Part shown: piece after piece, positions 9,745 through 21,200 of the stretch
Layout of the letters: every line of letters begins with the position of its first letter
Numbering within the stretch: position 1 is the first letter of the stretch
IMG/VR virus record: IMGVR_UViG_3300032282_004007
Coordinates: 1 to 60,814 of that record
Reading direction: 5' to 3' (one strand)
Origin: a virus
Taxonomy: Duplodnaviria > Caudoviricetes
DNA length: 60,814 nucleotides
The notes under the pieces: generated by a model
Seen by the model: only the letters and a program-made list of their open reading frames with translations
What the model was told of the DNA's origin: nothing
The model's database searches: none
Translations under genes and position numbers: made by a program

Positions 9745-12700
9745 ATGAACCAAAAACATAGAATCTTAACAAATATTGGTAAGGATAAGACCGTAACGGT
9801 AAACTTAGAGCAGAAATTCGATTTATTAGAAATATTATCGTTAAAATTTACGCAATATGATGTTTATACGTCGTTATGTGCTGATTACGGTGTTGTTTGC
9901 GGTAGAGTATCAGTAAACAATGGTTTCGGTGTACCAAACGCTAGAGTTTCAATCTTTATTCCGTTAAAACAAGAAGACGAAGCAGATCCAGTAATATCTG
10001 CATTATATCCATTTAAAAGTACTCAAGACAAGACCGATAGCGGCTATAGATACAATTTATTACCATCCAGAAAGCAACATGGTGGACATGAGCCAACCGG
10101 TACCTTCCCTGATCAAAAAGATATATTAACCAGGGAAGAATATCTAGAAGTGTATGAAAAATATTACAAATACACGGTAAAAACAAATAGTTCCGGTGAT
10201 TTTATGATTTGGGGTGTTCCATTAGGCGAACAAACCATACATGTTGATGTTGACTTGTCTGATATGGGTTGCTTCTCACTTAGACCATATGATTTTATTA
10301 GAAATGGGTTTGGTGTTGATAGTTTTAAAAATACATACTCATTTAAGTCCAGCCAAGATATTGATTCGCTTCCACAAATTGTTTCTTTTGATAAAACAAT
10401 CGATGTCGTTCCATTTTGGGGTAACATTGATTTATGTGAATTAGGGATAACAAGAACTGATTTTGATTTATCAAATCAAGGAGTTAAAGTGGAACCAAAA
10501 GCATTTTTAATTGGGGGGACGTATACTGACACATCTAAAAATTCTATTAATAAAAATTGTCAACCAAGAAGAAAGATGGGTAGGAAGTGTGATTTAACAA
10601 CAAGCACCGGAACTATCGAGGCGATTAGATTTACCACAGAAAAAGATGTTGACAGTAGACCCGTTTTAGAAGAATATGATTTAAATGAAGATATACCAGA
10701 AGACGGAGGTTTTGTTTTTTCCGTACCCATGAACATGGATTATGTTTTCACAAACGAATTTGGAGAAAACGAAATAACAAATGATTCAAATAAAGGGATA
10801 CCAACATCCGCTTGTTATCGTTTTAGATTCAATCTAGGTGATGAAGGAAAAGAAAGAACAAGAAAAGTTGCATCATATATAGTACCAAACATTAGAGAAT
10901 ACTCAACACAAATAGATCAATCATATACATTTTCAACTAATTGGAAAGAGTACCCAACTTTAGCAGTTTCATCAGATTCAAATAGAGGGATACTATATAA
11001 CGATTTTGGTCAATACTACCCTAGAGATTATTTTTACAGGTTAACGTACGGTAAAGTTTACACAGTATCGTCTTTTCAAAATTCTTATTTTAAAGGCAAT
11101 ACTTTTAGCAATGACAGATATGTCGGGATAAAAGAAATTGTTCCTTCTGAAGAAGAAGATTGTTCAGACAATGTCGTAACACCACCAGTTAATTTTGGGA
11201 TAAAAAATTTCACATTTTCATTATTAATTGCAGATGTGCTTTTATTTTTTGAACATTTAATTAATTTAGTTACGTTAACATTATTTAACACATTAGCAAT
11301 TGTTTTTCATGATTTTGCTGATGCTGTTGACTTTAGACCAATCAGATTTTTGGCTAGGTCCGTTAGAAAATTTGCATATAGATTACAAGCGGCTGGCCAA
11401 AGACAATTATATTTAATAACATATCCAGAATGTGAAGAGTGTAATGGTGAAAATACATATGGTACATCTATTTCTGACACTAGTTCAAAAAATTATTGTG
11501 TTGTTGGGCAAGGTCAAATACAAGGATCAGTCGCCGGATCAACAAGGGTTGATTTTAATTCTGCTTCAATATATCCTGGAACTTCAAACTATTCTTGGGC
11601 CGGAGCAACACATAATTTAGGTACGTTACATCCAGAGGTTAGGGTTTTTATTGATAATGGTTTAGGTGGTTATACACAATTAATTGATTATAACTATACG
11701 GACCCAGGAACAGTACCTAGTAATTCATTTTATAAAACAGGAATTACAACTAGTTCAATGGATATTGTGTTTACCTTTGTTGACCCACAAGTTGGTTATG
11801 TTGAATTTAGTAGTGATGATAGTTCTGATTTATTATTTAATATAACAAACTACACTCAACAGCCATGTACTGGAGGAACTTCAACAGCAATCATTGATAA
11901 CGCTGATTTTGTTAGTAGGCAGAGCGACTATGGATTAATAATATCTGGTTCGAGTACGGGTGTTATTGAACTAGATGGAACAAATAATTCAATAACTACA
12001 AATGGGACCTCATTATTTTTAAATGATTCAACGAATTCTTTTTCTGAAAATAATTTATTTACTGTTTTTATTGTTGATTTAAATTCAGTACCCCCAAGTG
12101 TTGACACATTACTAGAGAGTGGTTGTCAACTATATGATACACCATATGACGAAGATATTGTTAGGTACTATTATATTGGTACAGGAAGAACAGTTTCATA
12201 CATATATCAACCAGACATAACTTCAACAAACATTTCAGATAGAAATGAAATTTTAGTAAAAGAATATAGAGGATTAAATTTCACACCAATAACACCTAGT
12301 GGTGAAAGTGAATTTAGTAACGGTATATTTTATTTTATTCCAGCAACACAAACAAATGCTCGACTTTATGAATACCTAAAGGAATATAGAAGAAGAAAAA
12401 GAGTTGGTAAATTATTTTGCGGCGGAATTGTAAACTATTCTTTTATTGATAATTGGTTATCAGGATCATTATACTTTTTTCAATTTAAAGGAAAAAAAGG
12501 AAAATATTGTGAAGATGTAATAAGGTATGTTGGTTCACAAGACAAATATTATTATAGATCAGCAATTTATAGTAATGAGAATAGTTGGGGCGTATCTAAA
12601 GGAATATATGGTAGAACATTAGGAAGACCAACAACATTAGTTGATTTAGGTCCTAGGGATGAATTCATAAAAGAAATATGTGTTGACCCAACATTAGATC

Positions 12701-13722
12701 CAAACTGTTCGGTGTCTAGATCAATTGGACCAACATCATTTCAATCATTCGGCGAATTGTTAGGTTTAGCAATAAACTATAGAATGGATGTAAGCAACAA
12801 CACCTTTGACATAAAAGATTTTTTTGATAATACTGGATTTAAATTTACAAACAAAGTTTTTGATGGAGATATTACACAATTGATTTCAATAAATAATGAG
12901 GCAGGTATTCAAGAATTTGATTTACAAAGTCCAAAATATCTTGGTTACTCATACCAGGTATTAGACCCAGACATATATCCACAAGTATTCAAACCAAATG
13001 GATATTGGGGAGCGTTACCCGTTACATTTGAATTCGATGATGACGGTGAAAGAGTTAGAGCGTGTTTAAACGAACCAACACACCTAGCAAACGATGGAGT
13101 TACATATGTTCAAGGAAGATTAACTGAATCGTCACAAAAGGTTCCATTTTTCCTTTGGGATAAAAAAGGAACTGGTTTTGGTGGAATAAATGAAGCCACG
13201 TCAGATAATCAATCTTGGGATTACACAGATGTTCAGGTGCAACCATTACAAGGTATGACATATGCCTATAATTTAAACAATAGTTCAGACGATTCATCTG
13301 ATAGATATTTGTTATTACCTATAACATATGATTTTAGTGGATTAACAGTTAATACTGGTAATGCGACTAATGATGTTGAATTTGATGCTGTAATTGATGG
13401 TAACACATTCCCTGTTGGCTATCATGATTACGATAGTGAATATCCAGGATTTACTGTTTTAGCAGTAACAAGTGGTAGTACAGTTAACCCAATTAGTGGA
13501 ACGTTATATACAAGATATAGCCACGCTGGGACTTGGAATTCCCAATCATGGGACTACACGGATGATTTTATAATTAGAAAAACACAAGATTATTATAGCG
13601 GAACAAGACAAATTTTATCAACACCGTTCATGTTCTATTTTGGATTGAAAGCAGGTAAAACCGGGCTTGATAAATTTGTACAAATGTTTGGTCCAAAAGG
13701 AGCATTCCCATCAGCAGAATAA
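9745..13722 (+). CDS. Large baseplate-associated virion protein
   Basis: N-terminal GVVCGRV...GVPNARVSIFIP...KTNSSGDFMIWGVP (carboxypeptidase-regulatory-like); Cys-rich; within baseplate cluster. Confidence 0.65.
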   Translation: MNQKHRILTNIGKDKTVTVNLEQKFDLLEILSLKFTQYDVYTSLCADYGVVCGRVSVNNGFGVPNARVSIFIPLKQEDEADPVISALYPFKSTQDKTDSGYRYNLLPSRKQHGGHEPTGTFPDQKDILTREEYLEVYEKYYKYTVKTNSSGDFMIWGVPLGEQTIHVDVDLSDMGCFSLRPYDFIRNGFGVDSFKNTYSFKSSQDIDSLPQIVSFDKTIDVVPFWGNIDLCELGITRTDFDLSNQGVKVEPKAFLIGGTYTDTSKNSINKNCQPRRKMGRKCDLTTSTGTIEAIRFTTEKDVDSRPVLEEYDLNEDIPEDGGFVFSVPMNMDYVFTNEFGENEITNDSNKGIPTSACYRFRFNLGDEGKERTRKVASYIVPNIREYSTQIDQSYTFSTNWKEYPTLAVSSDSNRGILYNDFGQYYPRDYFYRLTYGKVYTVSSFQNSYFKGNTFSNDRYVGIKEIVPSEEEDCSDNVVTPPVNFGIKNFTFSLLIADVLLFFEHLINLVTLTLFNTLAIVFHDFADAVDFRPIRFLARSVRKFAYRLQAAGQRQLYLITYPECEECNGENTYGTSISDTSSKNYCVVGQGQIQGSVAGSTRVDFNSASIYPGTSNYSWAGATHNLGTLHPEVRVFIDNGLGGYTQLIDYNYTDPGTVPSNSFYKTGITTSSMDIVFTFVDPQVGYVEFSSDDSSDLLFNITNYTQQPCTGGTSTAIIDNADFVSRQSDYGLIISGSSTGVIELDGTNNSITTNGTSLFLNDSTNSFSENNLFTVFIVDLNSVPPSVDTLLESGCQLYDTPYDEDIVRYYYIGTGRTVSYIYQPDITSTNISDRNEILVKEYRGLNFTPITPSGESEFSNGIFYFIPATQTNARLYEYLKEYRRRKRVGKLFCGGIVNYSFIDNWLSGSLYFFQFKGKKGKYCEDVIRYVGSQDKYYYRSAIYSNENSWGVSKGIYGRTLGRPTTLVDLGPRDEFIKEICVDPTLDPNCSVSRSIGPTSFQSFGELLGLAINYRMDVSNNTFDIKDFFDNTGFKFTNKVFDGDITQLISINNEAGIQEFDLQSPKYLGYSYQVLDPDIYPQVFKPNGYWGALPVTFEFDDDGERVRACLNEPTHLANDGVTYVQGRLTESSQKVPFFLWDKKGTGFGGINEATSDNQSWDYTDVQVQPLQGMTYAYNLNNSSDDSSDRYLLLPITYDFSGLTVNTGNATNDVEFDAVIDGNTFPVGYHDYDSEYPGFTVLAVTSGSTVNPISGTLYTRYSHAGTWNSQSWDYTDDFIIRKTQDYYSGTRQILSTPFMFYFGLKAGKTGLDKFVQMFGPKGAFPSAE

Positions 13723-15473
13723 TGGAAAAGAAACAAATCATATTACCAAATAAAGAGTACGCAAAGGCGCCAGAAAAAGATATACAAACCAAAATAGGTT
13801 TGGAATCTTCAGAAGAGTTATTGCGTGAAGGTGATCGTAACATACTTTTAGATATTGATCAATTATATAACGATGAAAGAAATGAAAGTAAAAAATATAA
13901 GATTTATGGGAAATTAAAAATGATTTTCAGAAATTTATATTCAGGATCAACTGGTTATAGTGATCTTACAAAAACATTATACTTAAATGGTGATGGCGCG
14001 GCAGGAGATAATCAAGGGTTTTTACCTTATAATGAATTCGCTTTTCTTAGACGCGACTTACAACGCGAAGTAATATCGGTACCAACAGTTAGCACAGGAT
14101 CAACTATGGGTACCTACGATTCATCTGGAGTAAGTACGATCGGAACCGGTGGACACAGAGACATATCAATAATGGAAGCACCATATTTTAATTGGAATTT
14201 TTATTTATCATATGTACATGATAGTGATCCAGAACATTATATTGCATACACACTAACAGGAGGAACACAAACACCAGTTGGGACAAAGGCAAAACATGGA
14301 ATCCCAACTAGGGTCTCAGATGAGGGTACATATTACAAGTTAACAACACCAGTTCCGCATGGAATTAGCGAAAATGAATTTATTCTTATAAGTGGTGCAT
14401 CACAATATAATACAACGGCTTATTCAATAATGAGAGTTGGAGATGAAATATATGATTCAGAAAAATACGTATTAAATATTAATAAAACTGAACTTAGTGG
14501 TAGAACATTAAATGGTGTTGTATTAATTAAAAGATGTTTAGATAAAGAAGATGTTACAGGTACCACTTGTTCATACTATGTTCATAAACATAAAACATTA
14601 ACTGAAGTTGATGCTTATATTATGGATAAGGCGGGTTTTGAGAGTCCAATATTTGAAGATGAAAAAAAATTATTATTTGAAAATAGTGTTGGTGAAAATG
14701 ATGTTTTAGTTGAAAGAAACAGAATGGAATCTGTGATATTTGATTTTAGGGAACCATTTGTTTTAACCGGAATAACAAACAACTTGAATTACACACCAAA
14801 TGAGATTTATTTAACAACAATTTTTAGAAATGGTTCTGGTTATTTTGAATACCCACCAAAAGTTGGTTATAAATTTCACCTACATAATTCTTGGGTAGAT
14901 AATCATTATAGCGGAACTACCGCTAATGAAACAACTATTAGCGGAACCTCTTGGAATGTAAGTGGAATTACATTTACTAGTGGAAACACCCTACCAACAG
15001 GAACAGTATTAACAGGCGCGTTCGTTGAATACGATCACGTTAACATGAAAGAAAGGGTTATTAGTGAAGCGTTACATAAGATAACTAACCCAGTTAATAT
15101 TTTTGATTTTAATCAAAACGATTCTGCTTATTATACGAATGTTAATACCTCAAATAAACTAGGATTATATTATCAACCACATTATAAAATAAAGTTAAGA
15201 CAAGAATCGCCTTACATTGAAAGTTCAGATACTAAAAATATTTATAATCTCCCAGACAATGCTGAATTTTACGAAAAAACAAAAACATGGAGATGGAGAG
15301 ATATATATGATCACGGTTATGTTGATGATCTTGGATTTGGAACTGATTTTCCATTTGTAAATGGTCAACATTATGTGATGTCAGATATTAATTTTTATTT
15401 AAGAAATGAATATGCATTTTTAAATAAATCAGACGGAATAAGGGAATTTGGAAAGAAAAACACAAATTGCTAA
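13722..15473 (+). CDS. putative virion structural protein
   Basis: TAATG-coupled to the upstream gene; beta-rich composition; baseplate cluster. Confidence 0.6.
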   Translation: MEKKQIILPNKEYAKAPEKDIQTKIGLESSEELLREGDRNILLDIDQLYNDERNESKKYKIYGKLKMIFRNLYSGSTGYSDLTKTLYLNGDGAAGDNQGFLPYNEFAFLRRDLQREVISVPTVSTGSTMGTYDSSGVSTIGTGGHRDISIMEAPYFNWNFYLSYVHDSDPEHYIAYTLTGGTQTPVGTKAKHGIPTRVSDEGTYYKLTTPVPHGISENEFILISGASQYNTTAYSIMRVGDEIYDSEKYVLNINKTELSGRTLNGVVLIKRCLDKEDVTGTTCSYYVHKHKTLTEVDAYIMDKAGFESPIFEDEKKLLFENSVGENDVLVERNRMESVIFDFREPFVLTGITNNLNYTPNEIYLTTIFRNGSGYFEYPPKVGYKFHLHNSWVDNHYSGTTANETTISGTSWNVSGITFTSGNTLPTGTVLTGAFVEYDHVNMKERVISEALHKITNPVNIFDFNQNDSAYYTNVNTSNKLGLYYQPHYKIKLRQESPYIESSDTKNIYNLPDNAEFYEKTKTWRWRDIYDHGYVDDLGFGTDFPFVNGQHYVMSDINFYLRNEYAFLNKSDGIREFGKKNTNC

Positions 15474-16237
15474 TGAAAATATTAACAACAACATCTGATA
15501 TCAATTTAAACATTTCTGGCGAACAAGATTTTAAAACAAATCTTGGGTGGCATGAGAATTTTCAAGAGTTTGAAGACAAGGCACTTAGAACTATTATAAA
15601 TCCTGTTGATAATTACGAAACAACAAGATACATACATGAACCATATACCGGAATAACTTCTGGAATTTCACAATGTGATATTTGGTTTTATTTTTATTTT
15701 TTAGACGCAAGTAATGGGTATACTAAAGGACTTGATTACGATTTAGTAGGTTTATCACCAAAAGAAAATGCTTTAATGTTAAAACAAACAGTTAAAAGTT
15801 TTTTTAGATTAGAGTTTTTTACAACGCCATTTAGAGAAAATCAAAAATTAATATACGCTAAAACATTATCATTACCATTAGGTCAAAAAGTTTATTTAAG
15901 CGATTTAAATGATTTTATTCGTGTACCAGTTTTTACTGGTAACAATTATAGTAACACAGAGAATATGTATTTTTTCTGGTTTCAAGATAACAGTGTTTAT
16001 AGTGGAACAACTTTCTATATGAGTGCTAGGTTTTTTAATGCCGAAGATGGCTCAATAGTTCCTTTTGTAAATAAAGATGTTTCCGCGTCTTCATTTATTG
16101 ATAAAAATGATCTATATTATCAAATCACAATAGACCAAACAAAACATTCATATGTTGTTAAAGAATACAATGGTTCAGTTGGTAGTAGAAAGGGTTTTAA
16201 AAACACACCCATAAATTTTTATGAAATTAGAACATAA
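15473..16237 (+). CDS. putative virion structural protein
   Basis: Start placed at the TAATG overlap (MKILTT); baseplate cluster. Confidence 0.6.
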   Translation: MKILTTTSDINLNISGEQDFKTNLGWHENFQEFEDKALRTIINPVDNYETTRYIHEPYTGITSGISQCDIWFYFYFLDASNGYTKGLDYDLVGLSPKENALMLKQTVKSFFRLEFFTTPFRENQKLIYAKTLSLPLGQKVYLSDLNDFIRVPVFTGNNYSNTENMYFFWFQDNSVYSGTTFYMSARFFNAEDGSIVPFVNKDVSASSFIDKNDLYYQITIDQTKHSYVVKEYNGSVGSRKGFKNTPINFYEIRT

Positions 16238-17352
16238 TGAGAACTAAGAAATTTGAAATATTACGAGAAAATATTGTTAGTGGCTCGTTAGTGTCATTGA
16301 GTAGTCAAAATTGGTACGATAGAGACGGTTCTTTAATTCCTTGGTCTGGAAGTGTATATATTGGTCCAAATCTAGGAGATGTTATCTATAACACAAATAC
16401 TGGTAGTTTTTCGGAAGGTTATTATAAATGGGGCGGAACTACCTGGTCTAACATAACTAAACCAGAAGCGTACGGTGATAAACAATTACCATTATTTTTG
16501 GAAGTTGATCTTGATGAAATGGGTGTCATGGTAGAATTTGATGGCGAAATTGAACAGGTTGAACAATTATGTAATTTTACATATTCTGGTAATGGTAACA
16601 TTATAACAGTTTATAACACCGGAAGCACAAACAGGTTAAAAAAACTTGTTGATGCTGAATTCACAATTGATTGGGGTGACGGGACAATTTTTACCGGATT
16701 CACCTTATTATCAAACATTTCACATACCTACAGCACAACAGGAGAAACAACAATTAAACTCACCATGGATAGTCCCTGGTCGGTAGAAAACGTTGAAAAA
16801 ATAGTCCATATACCCATAACGTCAGGGTATACTGGCTCAAATCCGTTAGGTACGTTAACATTTAATGTACCGTATACCTCCATAACTGGTGCAACACAAG
16901 ATTATATTAATGATTATGACAATAATTTAACGGGTTATACTGGAACAACAATATTCACCGCTATTGGGACTAGCAGAATTGATGAATTAAGATTATACGG
17001 CTCATCAAACACCTACTCTGGATTAACCACTGGCACAACTACTATGGATGGGGAAACCTACACATATAGCGGATACACGTTAGACAACTTATCTTATATG
17101 GATTTATCTGATGGAACCACTTTAATTACTGGCAACACATCAAATTATGATCCCGAGTTTGTAATCAATACAATGCTCACAAGAAATGAACATTTTCTAG
17201 GTTTTATCACCGACCCAATAGTATATTCCGATGTTTTTGTTGAGAGAGGTAAACAAGGCGTGACCGAATATAATTTACGACTTGGTGAAATTGACAATCT
17301 CGGTGAGTTAGATGTATACGGAAATGGTTATTTTAAAGTTAGAAAACAATAA
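16237..17352 (+). CDS. virion protein with PKD-like domain
   Basis: FTIDWGDGT...ISHTYSTTGETTIKLT PKD signature. Confidence 0.7.
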   Translation: MRTKKFEILRENIVSGSLVSLSSQNWYDRDGSLIPWSGSVYIGPNLGDVIYNTNTGSFSEGYYKWGGTTWSNITKPEAYGDKQLPLFLEVDLDEMGVMVEFDGEIEQVEQLCNFTYSGNGNIITVYNTGSTNRLKKLVDAEFTIDWGDGTIFTGFTLLSNISHTYSTTGETTIKLTMDSPWSVENVEKIVHIPITSGYTGSNPLGTLTFNVPYTSITGATQDYINDYDNNLTGYTGTTIFTAIGTSRIDELRLYGSSNTYSGLTTGTTTMDGETYTYSGYTLDNLSYMDLSDGTTLITGNTSNYDPEFVINTMLTRNEHFLGFITDPIVYSDVFVERGKQGVTEYNLRLGEIDNLGELDVYGNGYFKVRKQ

Positions 17353-17376
17353 AAATTATATTTATCATTAAAAGAC

Positions 17377-18282
17377 ATGGCAGTAGGTTCATACGGAATA
17401 ATTAGACCAGCAGACGTTTCACCAGAAGATGTTGAAATACTGTACCACTATGTGGAAAATAGGTCAACAGATTCCACCCCAATATTAAAAAAATTAACAT
17501 CAACAGACATTTTAACCCCGGTATTTCATAATAGTAATACTGGAGGTTTAAACGGTACTGAAATATTGGGAGGAATGTACAACTTAAAATTATTAGCCGA
17601 CGATTTTACAGATTTAGGTATATATACGTTACATATTCGCCCAAAACAGATCAGAGCAACAATTACTGACTGCGGAATATTAGCAGCACTACCTTCTGTT
17701 AGGGGGTTAGTGATCGACTTAAACGATATCGCATCTGACGATAGAAACAAATTTATACCACAAGGTCTTGTTGGGTATAGAATCGAATATATTGACGATA
17801 ATAACAGAAAAGTACCTAATTTCTATAGATTAGTCACATCTTCTTTTTATTGTGAACCAATAATATCTAACCTAACAAATTCTTCACAGAAGTCAATTAG
17901 ATATAGATATACCGACACAACAAGTAATTTGGTGTTTTTGACGTTAACTCCGTCATCTGCGCCTTCAAATAGACCAAATAGTATACCTTTTATCGGTAAA
18001 CCGACACAATCGATCATTTTAACAAATACTTTCTTTAACCCAACAACAGTTGAGATAGAAATGGTTGAACATGACGCATCGACACTTGCACATGCATTAT
18101 ATGGTAATCAAACCAAAGCGATTTCTAGTGGAATATACACTGTTTACGGTGACAATAATAACATTTACAAACAATTCAACCTTTACGAAGTTAAAGATGA
18201 ATTTAATGAGACATTATATGAGGTTCGTGAAGAAAGAACTAACATAGATGAGACCTTAAACTTTGATGATATCACAAAATAA
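17377..18282 (+). CDS. putative virion structural protein
   Basis: 301-aa ORF preceded by TATTTAT and TAATG-coupled to the giant gene. Confidence 0.6.
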   Translation: MAVGSYGIIRPADVSPEDVEILYHYVENRSTDSTPILKKLTSTDILTPVFHNSNTGGLNGTEILGGMYNLKLLADDFTDLGIYTLHIRPKQIRATITDCGILAALPSVRGLVIDLNDIASDDRNKFIPQGLVGYRIEYIDDNNRKVPNFYRLVTSSFYCEPIISNLTNSSQKSIRYRYTDTTSNLVFLTLTPSSAPSNRPNSIPFIGKPTQSIILTNTFFNPTTVEIEMVEHDASTLAHALYGNQTKAISSGIYTVYGDNNNIYKQFNLYEVKDEFNETLYEVREERTNIDETLNFDDITK

Positions 18283-21200
18283 TGGCAAAAAGGAAAGTAC
18301 CAAGTCAGGCGGCATCGGGAAAAGAAACATTTTCAGATAGTTTAATCGGGAGTCAAATTACCGATGGAACTAGTCAACTGACTAATAGTGTATTTGCTGT
18401 TGATAAAGTGATTCCTCAAAAAGACGCTAAATCATTTAAAACAGCCCCATTCTCAGATTTTTTAACTTTAGATGATTTAAAAATTGAAACAGATTCTCCA
18501 ACTACAGTAGCACAATCTACAGGAGAAAAAAGACCAATTAAGTTTAATGACTCTAAAAATGATGCTAGCAAATCTTTATTTGGTTCATTAAGAGAAAGAT
18601 TTGCGGTATCTACTGGTAGAATTATAAAAAATTTTCCAGCGGTTTTTATGGTTGACCCAACGTCACCAATCGCATCGTCAATTTATTCAGCAGAAAATAT
18701 TTCATATGATGTTTTAACCGATAGAACAACATTCACACTACAAACATCAATAATTTATAACCCATTGGATATTTCTTTTATTGCTCCAGTAGTGACAAAA
18801 GAAAATAATGAAGAAAACCCAATAAGAAAATTCTACTCTTCTTATAAAAAATATGTTTTAGATGTAAACGATGAAACGTATCCAATTGTATCTTATACTG
18901 AACCAGACACCAATAACCAAATAACATTAAAAGTTATTGGTAAAGCATTTACTGGCACCTCATATACAAATTCATATATTGTTAGACCTAGTAATGGAGT
19001 TGTTGAAGAGTTTTATATCGGTTTAGATGATTTAGAACAAACATTATTAAATAGAGAAACCTATCCAAAATATAAAGCAGGGTTTCAAGTCCCTAAAGAT
19101 ACTTTAGGTGGCGGTAAAACCGAACTTATAACAGAATATGCCACCTGGCCAATATCTAAAGACGGTTGGAACATTAAAATAGTCGGAGTTGATTTTGAAA
19201 CATATCTTGATACAGTTAATTCTTTAGCGATTGAGATTGATGATTATAAATCAAATTTAATTGTTAGATTTTTAACAGCACCACAACTTTTTGAATTTGA
19301 TACCGAAGACCAGAAGATGAATAAAATCTTCCAACTTTATGGTCAAAGTTTTGATAGGGTAAAAAAATATATAGACAACATTGCTTACATGCGTAATGTG
19401 AGTTATGACACTATTAACAACCTACCAGATGTTTTTTTAAAAAATTTAGCAAATACGTTAGGTTTAAATACTGTTAATTTATTTGATCAAAAAACATTAG
19501 AAGAGCAATTATATAATTTAGGTGGGCAAACATATCAAGGTGTACCCATAGGCAAAACATTAGTTGATGCTGAAATAGAATTTTATAGAAGAATTTTAGT
19601 TAACCTTGCGCACATCTATAAATCAAAAGGAACTAGAAGTAGTTTAGAATTTTTCTTAAAATTCATCGGTGCCCCCGATCCAATGATTAAGATTGATGAG
19701 TTTGTGTATAATGTTACGTCAAGCATACCAACAGGTAGAATCGAAAGCGACATTAACGAAGTTATACAAGGAGGTAAAGTCACCAAAATATTAGAATTCA
19801 ATCCAACAACATTTTCGTATGATATTAATGAAATTGTTGGTGGCAATGCTTTTAATGAGAGAACAGATTTTCCAGTTGATACTACAACAGGATTACCATC
19901 AGCACCAACAACAAACCAAGATAACATATTTTTCCAAATGGGTGCTGGCTGGTATGAGCAAACGTTAGATCATAGAGCACACGATATATTGAACACACAA
20001 AGTTCTATTACAACTGGAAGAACAAAAACTTTAATAACAAAATCAAAACCATTCACATATGGTGAAGATTACTATGATATATATAGAACCATCCCTGGGC
20101 TTGATTATGGTTATGATTTAAGAAACGCTATTGATAATGTTAAAGGGCAAGTTGTTGATGATTTAGACACAGCAAGATTAGTTTTAAACAGAAAAAATAT
20201 AAATGTATTTGTTTCAACCGCAAAAGCGATTGATTATGACATATGGAAAAAATCACAAAACTTAGATTTAACGTTTGGAACATTACCAGTACAAACTGGT
20301 GTAACATACGCTCAATTTACACAAGACCTATTAAGTCAACAAATAAAAAATTCTCATACAATAAAATATAAGAAAAATTACATTGTATTAGAAGAAATTT
20401 TTAGAGAATACTATTCACATCCAGGGTTTACATCATATGATTTTATTGATGTTTATAATTTTGTTGATGTAATGAGTCCTTATTGGACAAATATCTTAGA
20501 TCAGATAATTCCAGCAACAACATTATGGTTGGGTGGTAATTTGATTGAAAACAATATTTTAGGTAGACCAAAATATCCATACAGATTCCCATGTCAACCT
20601 ACTGAGTTTGTGGATAATTTATATCCTGACTTTGAAACAACAATTGAAGAAGATTTAGAAACTATTTTAGGTGGAGAAGAAAATCTAAGAGGTTTAATTA
20701 AATTTAGCGGCATAACTTATTCATTAGTTATTGATATTGATGGTGTTGAATATACGGGATCAACAACAGTTGATTTATTTGGTGAAACATTATTTGACAC
20801 ATTTACACCTGGTGCTACATGTACAGATTTAACAACATCATCAACCTATGTACCATTAATATGTGAATACAAAGATTGGATAAGTCCAGATATATCAGCA
20901 ATAAAAATCCAATGGAAAAACGCGTTAGCCAATTTAGTTGATGAAATTAACACAACCTACACTGGTTATACCGAAGGTTGTATACCAACTTATGAACCAT
21001 ATAACGAAATAACATCTGGGGCGACTTGTACCGGGTACACGCCAATAATTTCTTATGAAATTTTTACAGATGTGGATGGTATTGAAAAAATTAAATTTTA
21101 TTCATATAAAAATGGATATAATGAATGTACAATAAAAGATTATATAGATTTCTTTTTCTTGGCCGATTATATCTATACTCCACCAACATGTGAATTAGAA

